Shown here one piece after another: positions 13,320 through 25,347 of a stretch of DNA of 64,000 nucleotides; position 1 is the first letter of the stretch, and each line of letters starts with the position of its first letter. Made by a program: the position numbers and the translations under genes. Below the pieces are notes generated by a model that made no database searches, was not told the origin of the DNA, and saw only the letters and a list, made by a program, of their open reading frames with translations. Source of the stretch: Macrostomum lignano (Eukaryota); contig NIVC01000874.1 in assembly GCA_002269645.1 (NCBI GenBank), positions 248,001-312,000 of the forward strand. The letters run 5' to 3'.

Positions 13320-13539
13320 CTGCGTTTGGGAAAGACAATCAACTTAAGATAATTAATTTTGGGAGATAAAAAGTCAAAGTAGCAATCAGCGCCAAAAGAA
13401 AGGCGAGGGAGACAACAAAAGAAAGGTGTAATTTTTCTAATAAACAATTCGGGTCTATGAGAATGTCCCGCCGGAGGTTTACCCGAAAGCTTTTTCCTGT
13501 CGGACTTTCAAGTCAAATCCAATCGGATTTGAAATCTAG

Positions 13540-14437
13540 TCTAGTCTAGTTCTAATCTAGTCTCACTTTTAAATCTAGTTAATGTCTAGTCTAGCCTAAA
13601 CTAGTCTAATCTAGTCTTAGTCTAATCTAGTCTAGGCTAGTTCTAATCTAGTCTAGGCTAGTTCTAATCTAATCTAGTCTAGTCTAATCTAGTCTAGGCT
13701 AGTTCTAATCTAGTCCAGTCTAATCTAGTCTAGGCTAGTTCTAATCTAGTCCAGTCTAATCTAGTCTAGGCTAGTTCTAATCTAGTCCAGTCTAATCTAG
13801 TCTAGGCTAGTTCTAATCTAGTCCAGTCTAATCTAGTCTAGGCTAGTTCTAATCTAGTCCAGTCTAATCTAGTCTAGGCTAGTTCTAATCTAGTCCAGTC
13901 TAATCTAGTCTAGGCTAGTTCTAATCCAGTCCAGTCTAATCTAGTCTAGGCTAGTTCTAATCCAGTCTAGTCTAATCTAGTCTAGGCTAGTTCTAATCCA
14001 GTCTAGTCTAATCTAGTCTAGGCTAGTTCTAATCCAGTCCAGTCTAATCTAGTCTAGGCTAGTTCTAATCCAGTCTAGTCTAATCTAGTCTAGGCTAGTT
14101 CTAATCCAGTCCAGTCTAATCTAGTCTAGGCTAGTTCTAATCTAGTCCAGTCTAATCTAGTCTAGGCTAGTTCTAATCTAGTCCAGTCTAATCTAGTCTA
14201 GGCTAGTTCTAATCTAGTCCAGTCTAATCTAGTCTAGGCTAGTTCTAATCCAGTCCAGTCTAATCTAGTCTAGGCTAGTTCTAATCCAGTCCAGTCTAAT
14301 CTAGTCTAGGCTAGTTCTAATCCAGTCTAGTCTAATCTAGTCTAGGCTAGTTCTAATCTAGTCCAGTCTAATCTAGTCTAGGCTAGTTCTAATCTAGTCT
14401 AGTCTAATCTAGTCTAGGCTAGTTCTAATCTAGTCTA
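13540..14437. repeat. 36-bp minisatellite built from CTAG/TCTA sub-motifs
   Basis: Unit tctagtctaggctagttctaatc(t/c)agtc(c/t)agtctaa, ~23 copies. Confidence 0.95.
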
Positions 14438-14694
14438 GCATTGCCTATAGACTGTATTTTACTTGAAATTCCGACTGGAAACCCTGCCGGAAAACCTCGG
14501 CGGGAAAACCACAGCGGGAAAACTTCCTGAGGGAAAACCTTGTGCTCCCAAACAATACAATGTATAAAGCATTACAGTTAGTATTGGCAATTTTTTGAAG
14601 AAGAATGTTCAACGCAAATAGCATCAGTCCTAAAAGCCAACTATCTAGCCTAAGATATTAGCATCCGCCTTAAGTCTTAAATGTACCCCATCTT

Positions 14695-14830
14695 TGATTG
14701 AGCATTGGCATCTCATTGATTCCCCCTTGAGCATTGGCATCTCATTGATTCCCCCTTGAGGATTGGCATCTCACTGATTCCCCTTGAGCATTGGCATCTC
14801 ACTGATTCCCCCTTGAGCATTGGCATCTCA
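14695..14830. repeat. ~29-bp tandem repeat, 4-5 copies
   Basis: Unit ttgagcattggcatctca(t/c)tgattccccc. Confidence 0.85.
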
Positions 14831-15022
14831 GCAATCTCTGTTTTAATTTAGAAATCTTGTTTAGTACTAAACTTTAGAAAGTAATATTTAGAAAGTAATA
14901 TTAGTATATTTTATCCTTGATTTGTTACAATTCAATCACAAAAAATAATCAATATTACCTTTGAATGTTTGAATATAAATTCAAACACATGCACAGCTTC
15001 CAGAATTTTACCCGGCTAGTGT

Positions 15023-15633
15023 CCCTATAGGAAAAAGTTGTAAATCCGCGGACGGCGTCCGGCGCACTTTTGAAATTTTTCTAAAGCGCGGCGCGCGCAC
15101 AGGCGCGCAGCGCCTGCGCGGTGTGCGCGCGCTGCCTTTTCTTGCTGGCTGCTGCTCTAGCAAATACATATGCATGGAAAGGGGTCATCTAATACCTCTG
15201 TGGAAGGGGCCTATACACTTATAATTTATAAAGCTTAGAGATGTTCCGAAATTTCAATTTGAATTTTCCAAAATTAGAATTTTTATTAAGAGCAAATTTC
15301 AATTTCGAATAAAATTAGAAGTCAAAATTTGGAAGCTAAAATCGAAAAGTCAAAAATCGCTAAAAAAGCAGTAATTTCTGCTACATCTACGTGTATTTCA
15401 TTTTGCATAAGCAGTAAATCGAATGTAAAAAGTGAGTATTGGTCATACTAAACTTTGTTTTTCTGCGTTTTGATTTCGGAAAATTTCAATTTTGAGTTTG
15501 GAAAGTTAACAAATTTTGATTTCGAGGAAACTGCTCTTTCGGGACATCTCTAATTATCCTAAAGCGCGGGAAAATAATTTGACTCTATTCTAAAGCGCGC
15601 GTCCGCGGGTTTTCAACATTTATTCCAATAGGG
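15023..15633. mobile_element. Non-autonomous DNA transposon (MITE) with 8-bp TSD, hAT-like
   Basis: Imperfect ~30-bp TIRs CCCTAT(A/T)GGAA..GTTG.AAA.CCGCGGACG; identical 8-bp direct repeat GCTAGTGT at 15015-15022 and 15634-15641. Confidence 0.8.
15235..15553. mobile_element. Nested MITE with 16-bp TIRs (TTAGAGATGTYCCGAA)
   Basis: 15235-15250 and 15538-15553 are inverted with one mismatch; TA is the only matching TSD candidate. Confidence 0.65.
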
Positions 15634-17989
15634 GCTAGTGTAGCCTAATTTTTCACAAAAATGTGATATACCTACCAAGAGCCTTTTGCAGCATATCTTT
15701 GATTTGCATGTACTGTAATTTAAATTTATCTCTCTTTTGCTTAAACTCTTAAATGTTTTATCCATCTTTAGACTTTTTTCTAACTACAAAAAAGTTTTTT
15801 TTTATTCTATTTTCTATTTTTTCTTTTGTTAAAAGCACTTTATTTTGTAAATTTTTTAATTTTAACATTTAAAAACCTCTTGGCTAAAATTTAAAATATA
15901 GAAATAGCAAACAATACTATTTGGCAAATCTAAAAATGTGTGGATAAATTTGAAAAAGGTATACTGATTTATCTTGATTATTTTTCTTGAAAATTATTTT
16001 AAGCATACTTTAACATCCACTTCTTAAAATTGCATACTTTAGTCTAGAATCTAGATCATATAATAATGCATACTATTTTTAAAGAATAAAAATCTTATCT
16101 TAGCTGAATATATACCAATATATACCAAAAATAGAAAAAGCCTCAACTTGACATTTCTTTTGAAAAATTAATTACCAAAATATACAATAAAGATAATTAG
16201 AAGATTTATTTAACTAAAAAAGTAAAAATCTTTAAATACAAATTGTAATATTAAATAAGATTAGTAGTGATACTTTATCATTTTTATATAAAATATTAAT
16301 ATAAATAACATAAAATTTATATAAAAGCCAAAATTCAAATGAAGGCTTTTTGAATGCCAATTTTTTTAAAACAAAAAGCTAGTCTAATTTGGTATATCAA
16401 TATATATATATTCCAACATTAGTATATAATAAGTAATAACAAACCATAATAGTTAGTAATATTTATAATACATAAAAGATTAAAAAAACAAGCTCCAATC
16501 ACCGCTAAAGGTAAATTTTTGAAAAAAAAATTCTTATCATTTTGGACACTTAAAGTGTCAAATAAAAATTCAAAAAAGGAACATTGGATGCACTTTTATA
16601 TACTTACAGTTCAAAAAGTTCTATATATTAGGTGTCACCAAATTTGTCAACATCTTTACCTTAATTTTATCTTCATCATGGTTTACCTTACCATGCATTA
16701 TTGACAAATTTAGTCACTTGACAATACACTGTTGATTAGTTTTTATTTTTTACTATACACTAAAAATTGAAAGGCAAAGCCTACTGAAAAGATACATGTA
16801 AGATAAAAAAGGTGAATGGTTTTAGTTGATATTTATTTTTACAAGCTATTAAAAGCTAGAGATTTTAAACCTGTTGATTTTTTATACATTTTTAAATCTA
16901 AAGTCATACTCAAACAAAACCAAGTGTTAATGGTTAAGGTGATAAACAAAACTAAGATTAAATTTGCATTAAAGTGATCTGCTTCATTTGAGATTAGATT
17001 CAATAAAGCTTAATATTTGTAAAGCATATGCAGCATACAAACTATTATACCTGATACCCCAATAGCTCTTGATATACTTTTGTATCTGGATACTCAACTA
17101 TGTACAATGTGGTATTATTGTATATACTAGCATTGTAGCATTTTATATATAGCATTGATTGCCCAATTTGTTAGATTTTAAGTCATGTATGCACAAAAGC
17201 ATTTGGCATGTATATTCATGAAGTCATATTGAAGTCTAGCAATATTTTGCACATTTAATTAGTTATAAATATTTATGTATTGCATTATGGATGGAACAAC
17301 TTTAGATAAGTCTGTCTTGTTGACAAATTTGCTTAGCTTATTTTAACTGCTTATAAACTGATAAATTTCTTCCAATTTCCTAAATTTTAGGCCTGCTAAC
17401 AAATTAGATGTCAGATGAATTTGGTATAAGCCATTTATATTTGTAAAAAGGTTTTAGGAAAATCTAATCTAAGTCTAGCAAGGTAGATTTTGTGCTTAAC
17501 CAATTTCTATGCTATTACATTTTTAGCTTTTTTATATCTATATAAAAATATTTTGCACAAATAGAATAGACAAAACCTTTGCAATAATATCTAAAAAACA
17601 CAAAGTCAATCCAGATCTAAAAATAAAAGTATTTGAGATTCAGGATAATAATTGCTATAGACAATGTTTCCTAAATCTTTTTAGACATTCTAATTCAATA
17701 TTTTAAAAGTTGTTCCTTAATTGAAGATAACAAAGCAAACCTGCAAAAAATAAAAAAATAAAGAGTAAAGAAAAGTCTTTGGACTATATACAAAAAAAGC
17801 AAATAGCAAGTTCAGACAAATAAAAATCATTTAATAAAATTTTTTTTAAAAATCTTATTACATAGATACAAGCCCTTATTTACTGTTATAAAATCATTAT
17901 CTCTTTCTTAAATAGGCTTTTGGCAAAAAATACTAGGCCTAGCCTAGCCATAATATCCTTTACTAAAATTAAAGGAAATGCGTATCCCC

Positions 17990-18833
17990 ATGGTCCCATG
18001 CCAATAATTCCAATTTTATCCATATGGCCATCCTCAATGCCCGACTTTCTCGAATCACCTGGAGTTCAACCCAACTGGCAGCCACCTGAAACTGCCAATG
18101 GAAACGAGTCAGCCTTCCTCAAGCTTTACCTGCCGGACGATATGTTTGAAAATCTATGCAGATGGACCAATAGCAAGGCATGGAAGAGATATGAAGAGTG
18201 CAAGGCCATCGAGGCTGTTCCCAAAATTATCATGAGCTGGAAAGACTGCATGACTGATGAGATTCGCAAGGTGATCGGCATTATGCTTTTGATGGGTGTT
18301 GACAAGAAGCCAGAGTTGGCCCACTACTGGTCAAGTGATTCCATGTACTACTGCAACTTTCTGGCGCAACCATTCTCTCTTTTTTCAGGATAATGTGCAT
18401 AGCTTATATTATGGTTTGCGGGTTGTTTTTATAGTTGTTATTTCTTTCATTAGTTTCACACACTTTATTGCATTCTTTTGAACTCTCAAACAGTAATACT
18501 GTTACAACACCGGTATATCAGGTCCATCAACACACGTTCACATCAGTCCACATGTTCTTTTTATCAAATATATACACAATTCCCAATAATTTTCTGCAAA
18601 CAAAAGCCATGGCACGAAAACGGTCCATATTAGTCTGCAATGGCTGTGCTATCTATGCGAAAGGTGATGCAAACATAAACTAAATAATCGTCAGTTGGGT
18701 GCGGTTTTGCTGGCTTGGCATGAAACCATGCCATCAGTCTCGTCGTGGAGCGCAAAAATGCCTATGGCACAATTTTGGTCCAAGCCATTGGGAACGGATA
18801 TGTTGGCATAGTAGACTAGTCAAGAAAAGGTTA
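17990..18833 (+). mobile_element. Decayed, internally deleted piggyBac transposase
   Basis: FLKLYLPDDMFENLCRWTN...WKDCMTDEIRKVIGIMLLMGVDKKPELAHYWS matches the piggyBac (DDE_Tnp_1_7) N-terminal region; Cys-rich tail remnant at ~18600-18740; possible right end AAGG-TTAA at ~18833. Confidence 0.8.
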
Positions 18834-19671
18834 AACAAACTTAAATTCAACCTGCAGAAAAAAATGCAAAATTTACATTCTTAGCAATAATTTACACAAG
18901 TTTTATTCATTGTTAATTTTTAAAAAGCAAAAAGTTTATCATTGACTTTCTAGACTATACAAATTTTCCTTCATTTTACCTAAAAACTAAAAAGGGTTAA
19001 TTTATATTACAATTTTTATACACGGCATGAATTTATTCACCAAAATTGGTATGCCAAAAATTTCTTGAGCTCAAAGTGGTACGCCAAAGTGGTACACCAA
19101 AATAGCCAAACTTTTCAATGGTACACCAGAAAATTCCAGCTTACTTTCCTGAGTGTGGCTTAATTACCTTCCTGAGTGTGGGAATAAGCTGCCATGGGGA
19201 TAAGCTAGAAATTATTGACATGAATCTGTGGATGAAATAGGAATTATTGGCATGGGACCATGGGGATAAACACTTCCAAAATTAAATGTCTATAAGGCAA
19301 TGTTCTAGTTTCCTGCATTAAATTATTTTGACACCAAATTTTAAACAAATGAACCAAAACATGTTTACTAAAGTATACTTAAGATGTATGCAAGTCTTTA
19401 AACTGTGGAGGCCTTAAAAGCAGCATTACACAGTGTATTAATGGAGCAATGGTTCACCTAGTATAGGAAGTTGCTGAAGCAACTTATAATAGTCTCTTAT
19501 AATAGTCAGCTCTAGAGATGGGACTTAAAAAGCCAAAAAGGTCATCACTAGTACTATTTATAACTTTAGATGTAAAATTTATTAGTCAACTTAAACTTTA
19601 AGCATAAAGCTATAATTTTACTAATGTATACTTTAGTAAACGCATTTTGGTTTGTTTTGTTTAAAATTCAA

Positions 19672-20859
19672 TGAGCCTCTTCATATCGCCGGTTCAAAAA
19701 ATGGAACTGGTTCCAAACTGGTTCGACACTCTTCATATTGATGGTTTGAAAAACAGAATCAGTTCCGGAACATGGTTCTGGTTCTAGAATATGGTTTGAG
19801 AAATTTTCTCGAACTGTTGTCATGTTTACACTTTAACAGTAAAATATATTTGAAATCGTCAATTTTTTATTATTGTTATATAATTATTCCTTTTTTTTGT
19901 CATATCCAAGAGGAAACAAAGTCAAAGAACGACAAAATTAAATTGTAAAGACTGTCAAACATAAAATGGGTTCAAAGCTCCTGGCTCATTCCATATAAGC
20001 ATGGTCGTAACATGACAGGCTATTTTTACTTATAAAATGAAATCTAATAATAGAATATACTAAACCAATATTTTAAATGAAAGATTATTTTGTCTAGAAT
20101 ATATTTATAGAGTTTCATATAGATATCATCATTAGTATAGAAGTATAGATGCTATTAAACCTTAAATGACACTTATGGTCGTAACGACAGGATTTTTGAC
20201 ATATAGAAAGTAAAAGGTAAAAGTCTTATAACATTTTTCATTTTTGATATTTTGCAATACATTTTTTAAATTTGACTAAGAACATCTTTAGAAATCATAC
20301 TCTTTTATTAGAATATATAAACTCAAAAGGCAACAAAGATACAAAAGAAAAGGCAGCCTTATGGTTGTAACATTATGGTCGTAACATATTTTTTTCTGTT
20401 AATTCAGTAACTTTGAGGTACTAATACATTAAAAATATAATAGATTATTTGGTCACCAATGCTTTTATCTGATGATGCAAGTACTATATTTTCATCTATA
20501 GTTCGTTTCAACCTTCAAAAGCTTTCTATTTGTTTTTAAAAGGTACAAAATCTTAATGATGTCTTTTGCTTCGAAAAATGTCCAAATTTTTACAAAAATG
20601 ACTTTTTGCCAATTGATAACATACTAATCCAACATTTTATCATTTATTTATTCTTAGATTGTATATATTGTACATAAAAAACATTTGGTAAAAAAATAGG
20701 CTAATAAGGCAATGGCAAGCAAAAATATTGACTTTTTTTCTATTTTCCAAATATGTCCATCTTATATGGAATGAGCCTCCTCATTTCACACGTCACTGGT
20801 TCTGGTTCTAGAACTCGAATTAATTCTGGTTCTAGAACCGATTGCCGTGAAGAGGCTCA
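19672..20859. mobile_element. Probable MITE with 12-bp TIRs (TGAGCCTCTTCA)
   Basis: Perfect inverted 12-mer at 19672-19683 and 20848-20859, with GGTTCT(AG)AA subterminal motifs; TSD unclear. Confidence 0.55.
19983..20777. mobile_element. Nested MITE with 17-bp TIRs (GGCTCATTCCATATAAG) and 4-bp TSD TCCT
   Basis: Perfect inverted 17-mers at both ends; TCCT at 19979-19982 and 20778-20781. Confidence 0.8.
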
Positions 20860-21517
20860 GTGTCAAAGCCAAAACCAAAGATAAATACAAAAATGTAAAG
20901 CAACCAAAATTCTAGCTTATACCAGTGGAACTAAAATAGTTGGGGTAAAACTGTGCTTGTTCTTAATGATATAACTATAACAAGGTAGCTCACCTTGTTT
21001 TTTAATAGGCATCACGTCCTCTTGCTTCACATTATTTCGATGTGTAATGAATTACGAAAAAACTATGAAAAAATGCATGCAAAAAGTCAGGAAAGTTAGG
21101 ACCTAAAGCTACACATCTATAGACGTGCTAACTGTACATTTATTTACTTAGTCTTTATTTGGTCTATTCTTTTTACAGGTATCTCACGTGCTGACGTGTT
21201 TATTTTATAAGCTAACAGTTAATATTAAATTTTTTTAGTAGTAGTAAGAGAATTTGGCTCAGGCAATTAGCCTGTTTGGCCAATATATTATAGAGCTATG
21301 TATTTGGAATTTTCGAATATAGAAGTTTATAAAGACGATTTGACGACGATTTGCTGAGTTATTGTAAAAGATAAAGTATTTGAAAGCGCGCCAGAATTTT
21401 TACGGTATTTTTAGACGAAAAGTGACGACTAACAACTAACGAGTATAAATATTAATACAAAAATGAGTACAAATTACGAGGTATAGCTTTAATTGCGAGA
21501 TTACTTTGGTAAGCGAG

Positions 21518-21549
<32 letters not shown>

Positions 21550-21744
21550 GATGTAGTATTTTTGAAAGCGCGTGATATTTCAAAGCGTGAAAAACGAACA
21601 TAAACAATACTTCGAAAGAATTTTACTTTTAACGAATAACGACGATTTAAATATAGGAAATTAAAAAAGACAGTAAATGAATAAACAACTGAAAAGCGGA
21701 TTTGTTACACTGCTGATGTATCTGATTCAGTTTGTTTAACTGTT

Positions 21745-24700
21745 TTAGCTATTCATGACTTCATATATTTTAGCTACACCAGTGAGCTCTTTTCTGACTC
21801 TTTTTTCATTTGTAGCATATCCTATCTTGTGTATTTGATTGCTATTTAAGAGGTATTGACAGAAGTATTTTTTCCTGATCTCTTCAGTTTGTGGACATTC
21901 GGTCAAGTAGTGTAGAATGTCAGAACCATTTCGCGCTCCACACATTTTACATGGTTCTTGAGAAAAAAAGTTGGGTGTAATCTCGCATTTCAGTTTTAGG
22001 AGGGTTGTTAAGAATTTTTTGTTTCTAAATGTACATGGAAAGAAATCTGAAAGGTCGGGCCTGCAGATTTTTTTGTAGAGATAGGCGTTTTTGTAGAGTT
22101 TAATATGTTGCTGATTCTCTAGCTTTTGGCTAAGTTCTCTTTCTCTGTGTATCTTGAGGTGCTTTTTCACTAGGTATTTCTCGCTATTAAAGCTTTGGGA
22201 AAGTTTATCTTCAGTTAGTGCTTTTAGGTCTATACTTTCTAGTTTCTTTAGTACATTCATTTTCCATGGATTTTTTTGGCCGGTGTTTGAGTAGAAAATT
22301 TCTAGAGTCGTTTGGCAGAGTTTTTTGTGTCTAATCTTCAGCCAGTAGATGAGGTAGGTTTTAGCGATTCGTTGAGAGATTGGAGTAAGCTCAAGTTCTG
22401 ATGATACCACACTGTTGCTAGCAAATTTTGGTAGATTGAGGAGATATTTGTAGAATTTCAGCTGAATATTATCAATAGCTTTTGTATCAGACATGGTAGC
22501 CAGAGGGCCCCAGAGCTCACAACCGTAAGTGATAACGGGGGTAACAAGCGCGTCAAATAGTCTGCGAATGAGTGTGATGTCTAGGGACGTATTCTTTACC
22601 CTATGGAGTAGGGAAAACATGGCTGTATATCCCTGCTTAGTTTGGTGTTCAATACATTTTTTAAAGCTGTTTTTTGGTTCAAAAATAATTCCCAGGTATT
22701 TAAATTCATTTACTTCCTCTATTTCTTGGTTGTCGTAGTATATTTTTGTAGCAATGCTTTCTGTGTCGTTTTTTTGTCTGGTATTGCCCTGCATGAACTT
22801 TGTTTTGCTTGCGTTTACTTTCAAGTAATTTTGTTTGCAGTAATTTTCCATAGTCGTAAATGTGTCTTGAAGTTCGTCTTTGTTTTTAGCTAGAATGGCT
22901 TGATCGTCTGCAAAGAGTAGGATGAGTGGGAAAGCAGATCTCGTAAGAGAGCGCCTAGCGCTAGAGAGTTCAAGATATTCAACAATGTCGTCAATATATA
23001 GTTCAAAAAGGATGGTAGAGAGAGGGTTGCCTTGAAGAACACCTTTAGATATTGGGATTGGCTGGGTTTCATCATCATCATCATCATTTTTTAGAATGAA
23101 GCAGGCATTTTTATGCATGTTCTTGATAAGTTCCGTCATTTGACCTTTAATACCCTGGTTATCCGTTTTGTGCCAAAGGGTTGGTTGATTTAAGCTATCG
23201 AAGGCTTTTTCATAGTCAACAAATCCAATAAAGAGTTCTTCTTTGTTGTAGATGGATTGGTTTATAATGTTGTAAAGATTAAAACATTGGTCGATTGTGC
23301 TGTGATTGGGCTTGAAACCGTATTGGTATTTTGATATAAGATTGTTTGCGTATGCTAGGTTTTCGAGTCTGGATTTAATAATTTGGCAAAAGAGCTTGCC
23401 AAGAATTGGTTGAATGCAGATTCCTCTGTAATTGTTGGGGTCGGCACTGCTGCCTTTGTTTTTATAAATCGGATGAAGTGTATTTGTTATCCAACTAGTT
23501 GGGAAGGTTCCTTGTTTGAGTGCTTCGTTGAAAAGTGAGCATAGGAGGTCAGCAAGTTCGTTCTCGAGGTATTTGAGTGTTTCTACATATACTTTATCGT
23601 GCCCAGGTGCTTTGTCGGTTTTGAGCTTTTTAATATGTTTTATAACTTCTTCTTTGGTGAATGGGGCATTGAAATCCTCTAAATCAGCCAGAATAGGGTT
23701 GTCAAGGTGAAGATTGTATGATAGTCTAATGCTGCTGTCTTGTTCAGTTACAAGATTTTGAAAGTGTATGATAAATTTTTCATCAATTGTTACTCTGTTG
23801 TTTGAGGGATTTGGTGTTTTTAATAAGTTCCAAAGTTGTTTTGTATCGTTTTGAATAAAGGCTTGGTTGATCATGTTGTCTGCACAGAGAGTTGTTTCAA
23901 ATTTCCATGAAGTGAGCTTTTTTTCGTATGCTTTTTTGAGTTGTACTTTGCTTGAGAGGTTGTTGGGAGTAGGGAAGGTTTTATATCTTCTGCAGGCATG
24001 TCTAGCAGCGTTTCTTAAATCTTTAAGGAAGCGAGGCAGTGTTGAGCATAGTGGGTTCTTTATCTCTACTGTGATGTTGTTTTGAATTTGTCTAACTTTT
24101 CTACTTAATTCATTTATAAAAGCTGGGTTTTGTATGTCTAGATTTGTGATTTTGTCATTCATGTTTTTCAGGTCATTTGCGAAGTTATTGATATGTTTTT
24201 CTTGTTGCAGGTTGGGTTTATGTGACTTTTTTAGGACTCTATATCTCGTTTTCGAGTTATTGGTTGCTTGTTTAGTTTCTGTGATTTCCTCTGTGAATTC
24301 ACTTGATAGGGAGAGCACTATTTGGTTGTGGTCGCTAAAGTAGGTGTGGTTCTTTACTTTAAAGTCTTCGAGGTGTTGGAGTAAGCTGGTAGAGACGAAA
24401 CAGAGATCTATAACAGAGGAACCAGATTTTGAGAGAAAGGTGAATTCACCATTTGTGTCTGATAATGATCTACCATTGATTAGATGCAGGTTGTATGAGT
24501 CAGTAATCTGGTTAAGTAGTCTACCATTTTTGCAGGTTTTCTTGTCTTGGCTTTGTCTAGTAAGTGAGATGTTTTTTGCTCTGGTGGTATATATTGAATT
24601 TAAATCTATGTATGAGGTATTGTTTATATGAGCATTGAAGTCTCCAATAAGGAAGATGTTTTCTTCGGAGTGGTAAGCATCCAGGAGAATTGTTAACTGT

Positions 24701-25347
24701 TCCCAATTTTCTTCTTCATAATATTTTGAAGACAGTGGGGGTATATAGGAGTTTATTAAGGTAAAGCTTTTGTTTTTATCCTTTTTGTGTTTAAAATTTA
24801 GTGTCAAGAAGTTTTTATAATGTTTGAATGATTCTGTAACATTGTATTGTGTATCTAGTGACTTTTTGTAAGCTGTTAATAATCCACCAGAAGCTCTGCC
24901 AATGAATTTACAGCCTTTTTTGTTTGCAGGCTTTTGGTATGTCATGTAGTTTTCAGACAGGTTGTTGATTTTGAGTCGCTTGTTTTCATTTTTTGTGTCT
25001 ATTATCCAAGTTTCTTGAAGGCAGAGAATATTATTCTTAAAAATTGATTCAGTTTCCAGTAGTTCAAGTTTGGGAATCATCACAGAGTCTTTTATTGTGT
25101 AAAGTCCATTGATATTCCAGCTGCTAATAGTAAATTTTTCTTTATCAATTTTTTGGATAATATTAAATTCAAGGAGTTTTGATTTGATATTGTAAGGAAT
25201 TTTTTTGATCTTTTGAGCATTGTTATTTCTAATAGAAATGAGGTACTCTCTAGTGTATTGTATCCGCTTTTCATTTGCCTGGATAATATTTTGACTATTT
25301 TGACCATTAAGTGTTGGGGTATTTAAGTCACAGTTTACAGAGGAAGT
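21745..25347 (-). CDS. LINE ORF2: APE endonuclease + reverse transcriptase + C-terminal Cys/His motif (uninterrupted)
   Basis: ISSWNINGL, LCLQETW, LIGDFNAH, SVIDLCF, SDHNQI (APE); NYRGI, QYGF, VDYEKAFDS, GVLQGNPLS, LFADD, YLGIIF (RT); CKMC...HYLTEC. The frame is open for 88 codons upstream of the ORF-track start at 25083. Confidence 0.93.
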   Translation of the reverse strand, partial: TSSVNCDLNTPTLNGQNSQNIIQANEKRIQYTREYLISIRNNNAQKIKKIPYNIKSKLLEFNIIQKIDKEKFTISSWNINGLYTIKDSVMIPKLELLETESIFKNNILCLQETWIIDTKNENKRLKINNLSENYMTYQKPANKKGCKFIGRASGGLLTAYKKSLDTQYNVTESFKHYKNFLTLNFKHKKDKNKSFTLINSYIPPLSSKYYEEENWEQLTILLDAYHSEENIFLIGDFNAHINNTSYIDLNSIYTTRAKNISLTRQSQDKKTCKNGRLLNQITDSYNLHLINGRSLSDTNGEFTFLSKSGSSVIDLCFVSTSLLQHLEDFKVKNHTYFSDHNQIVLSLSSEFTEEITETKQATNNSKTRYRVLKKSHKPNLQQEKHINNFANDLKNMNDKITNLDIQNPAFINELSRKVRQIQNNITVEIKNPLCSTLPRFLKDLRNAARHACRRYKTFPTPNNLSSKVQLKKAYEKKLTSWKFETTLCADNMINQAFIQNDTKQLWNLLKTPNPSNNRVTIDEKFIIHFQNLVTEQDSSIRLSYNLHLDNPILADLEDFNAPFTKEEVIKHIKKLKTDKAPGHDKVYVETLKYLENELADLLCSLFNEALKQGTFPTSWITNTLHPIYKNKGSSADPNNYRGICIQPILGKLFCQIIKSRLENLAYANNLISKYQYGFKPNHSTIDQCFNLYNIINQSIYNKEELFIGFVDYEKAFDSLNQPTLWHKTDNQGIKGQMTELIKNMHKNACFILKNDDDDDETQPIPISKGVLQGNPLSTILFELYIDDIVEYLELSSARRSLTRSAFPLILLFADDQAILAKNKDELQDTFTTMENYCKQNYLKVNASKTKFMQGNTRQKNDTESIATKIYYDNQEIEEVNEFKYLGIIFEPKNSFKKCIEHQTKQGYTAMFSLLHRVKNTSLDITLIRRLFDALVTPVITYGCELWGPLATMSDTKAIDNIQLKFYKYLLNLPKFASNSVVSSELELTPISQRIAKTYLIYWLKIRHKKLCQTTLEIFYSNTGQKNPWKMNVLKKLESIDLKALTEDKLSQSFNSEKYLVKKHLKIHRERELSQKLENQQHIKLYKNAYLYKKICRPDLSDFFPCTFRNKKFLTTLLKLKCEITPNFFSQEPCKMCGARNGSDILHYLTECPQTEEIRKKYFCQYLLNSNQIHKIGYATNEKRVRKELTGVAKIYEVMNS

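Noticed and set aside
14957-14990. Possible dlg first exon (MCLNLYSNIQ, donor GTAATA)
   Set aside because: Phase 2, whereas the L27 exon acceptor is phase 1; no similarity to known Dlg N-termini
21523-21549. Poly(A) run as the tail of the large LINE
   Set aside because: It is on the plus strand, whereas the minus-strand LINE would need poly(T) here
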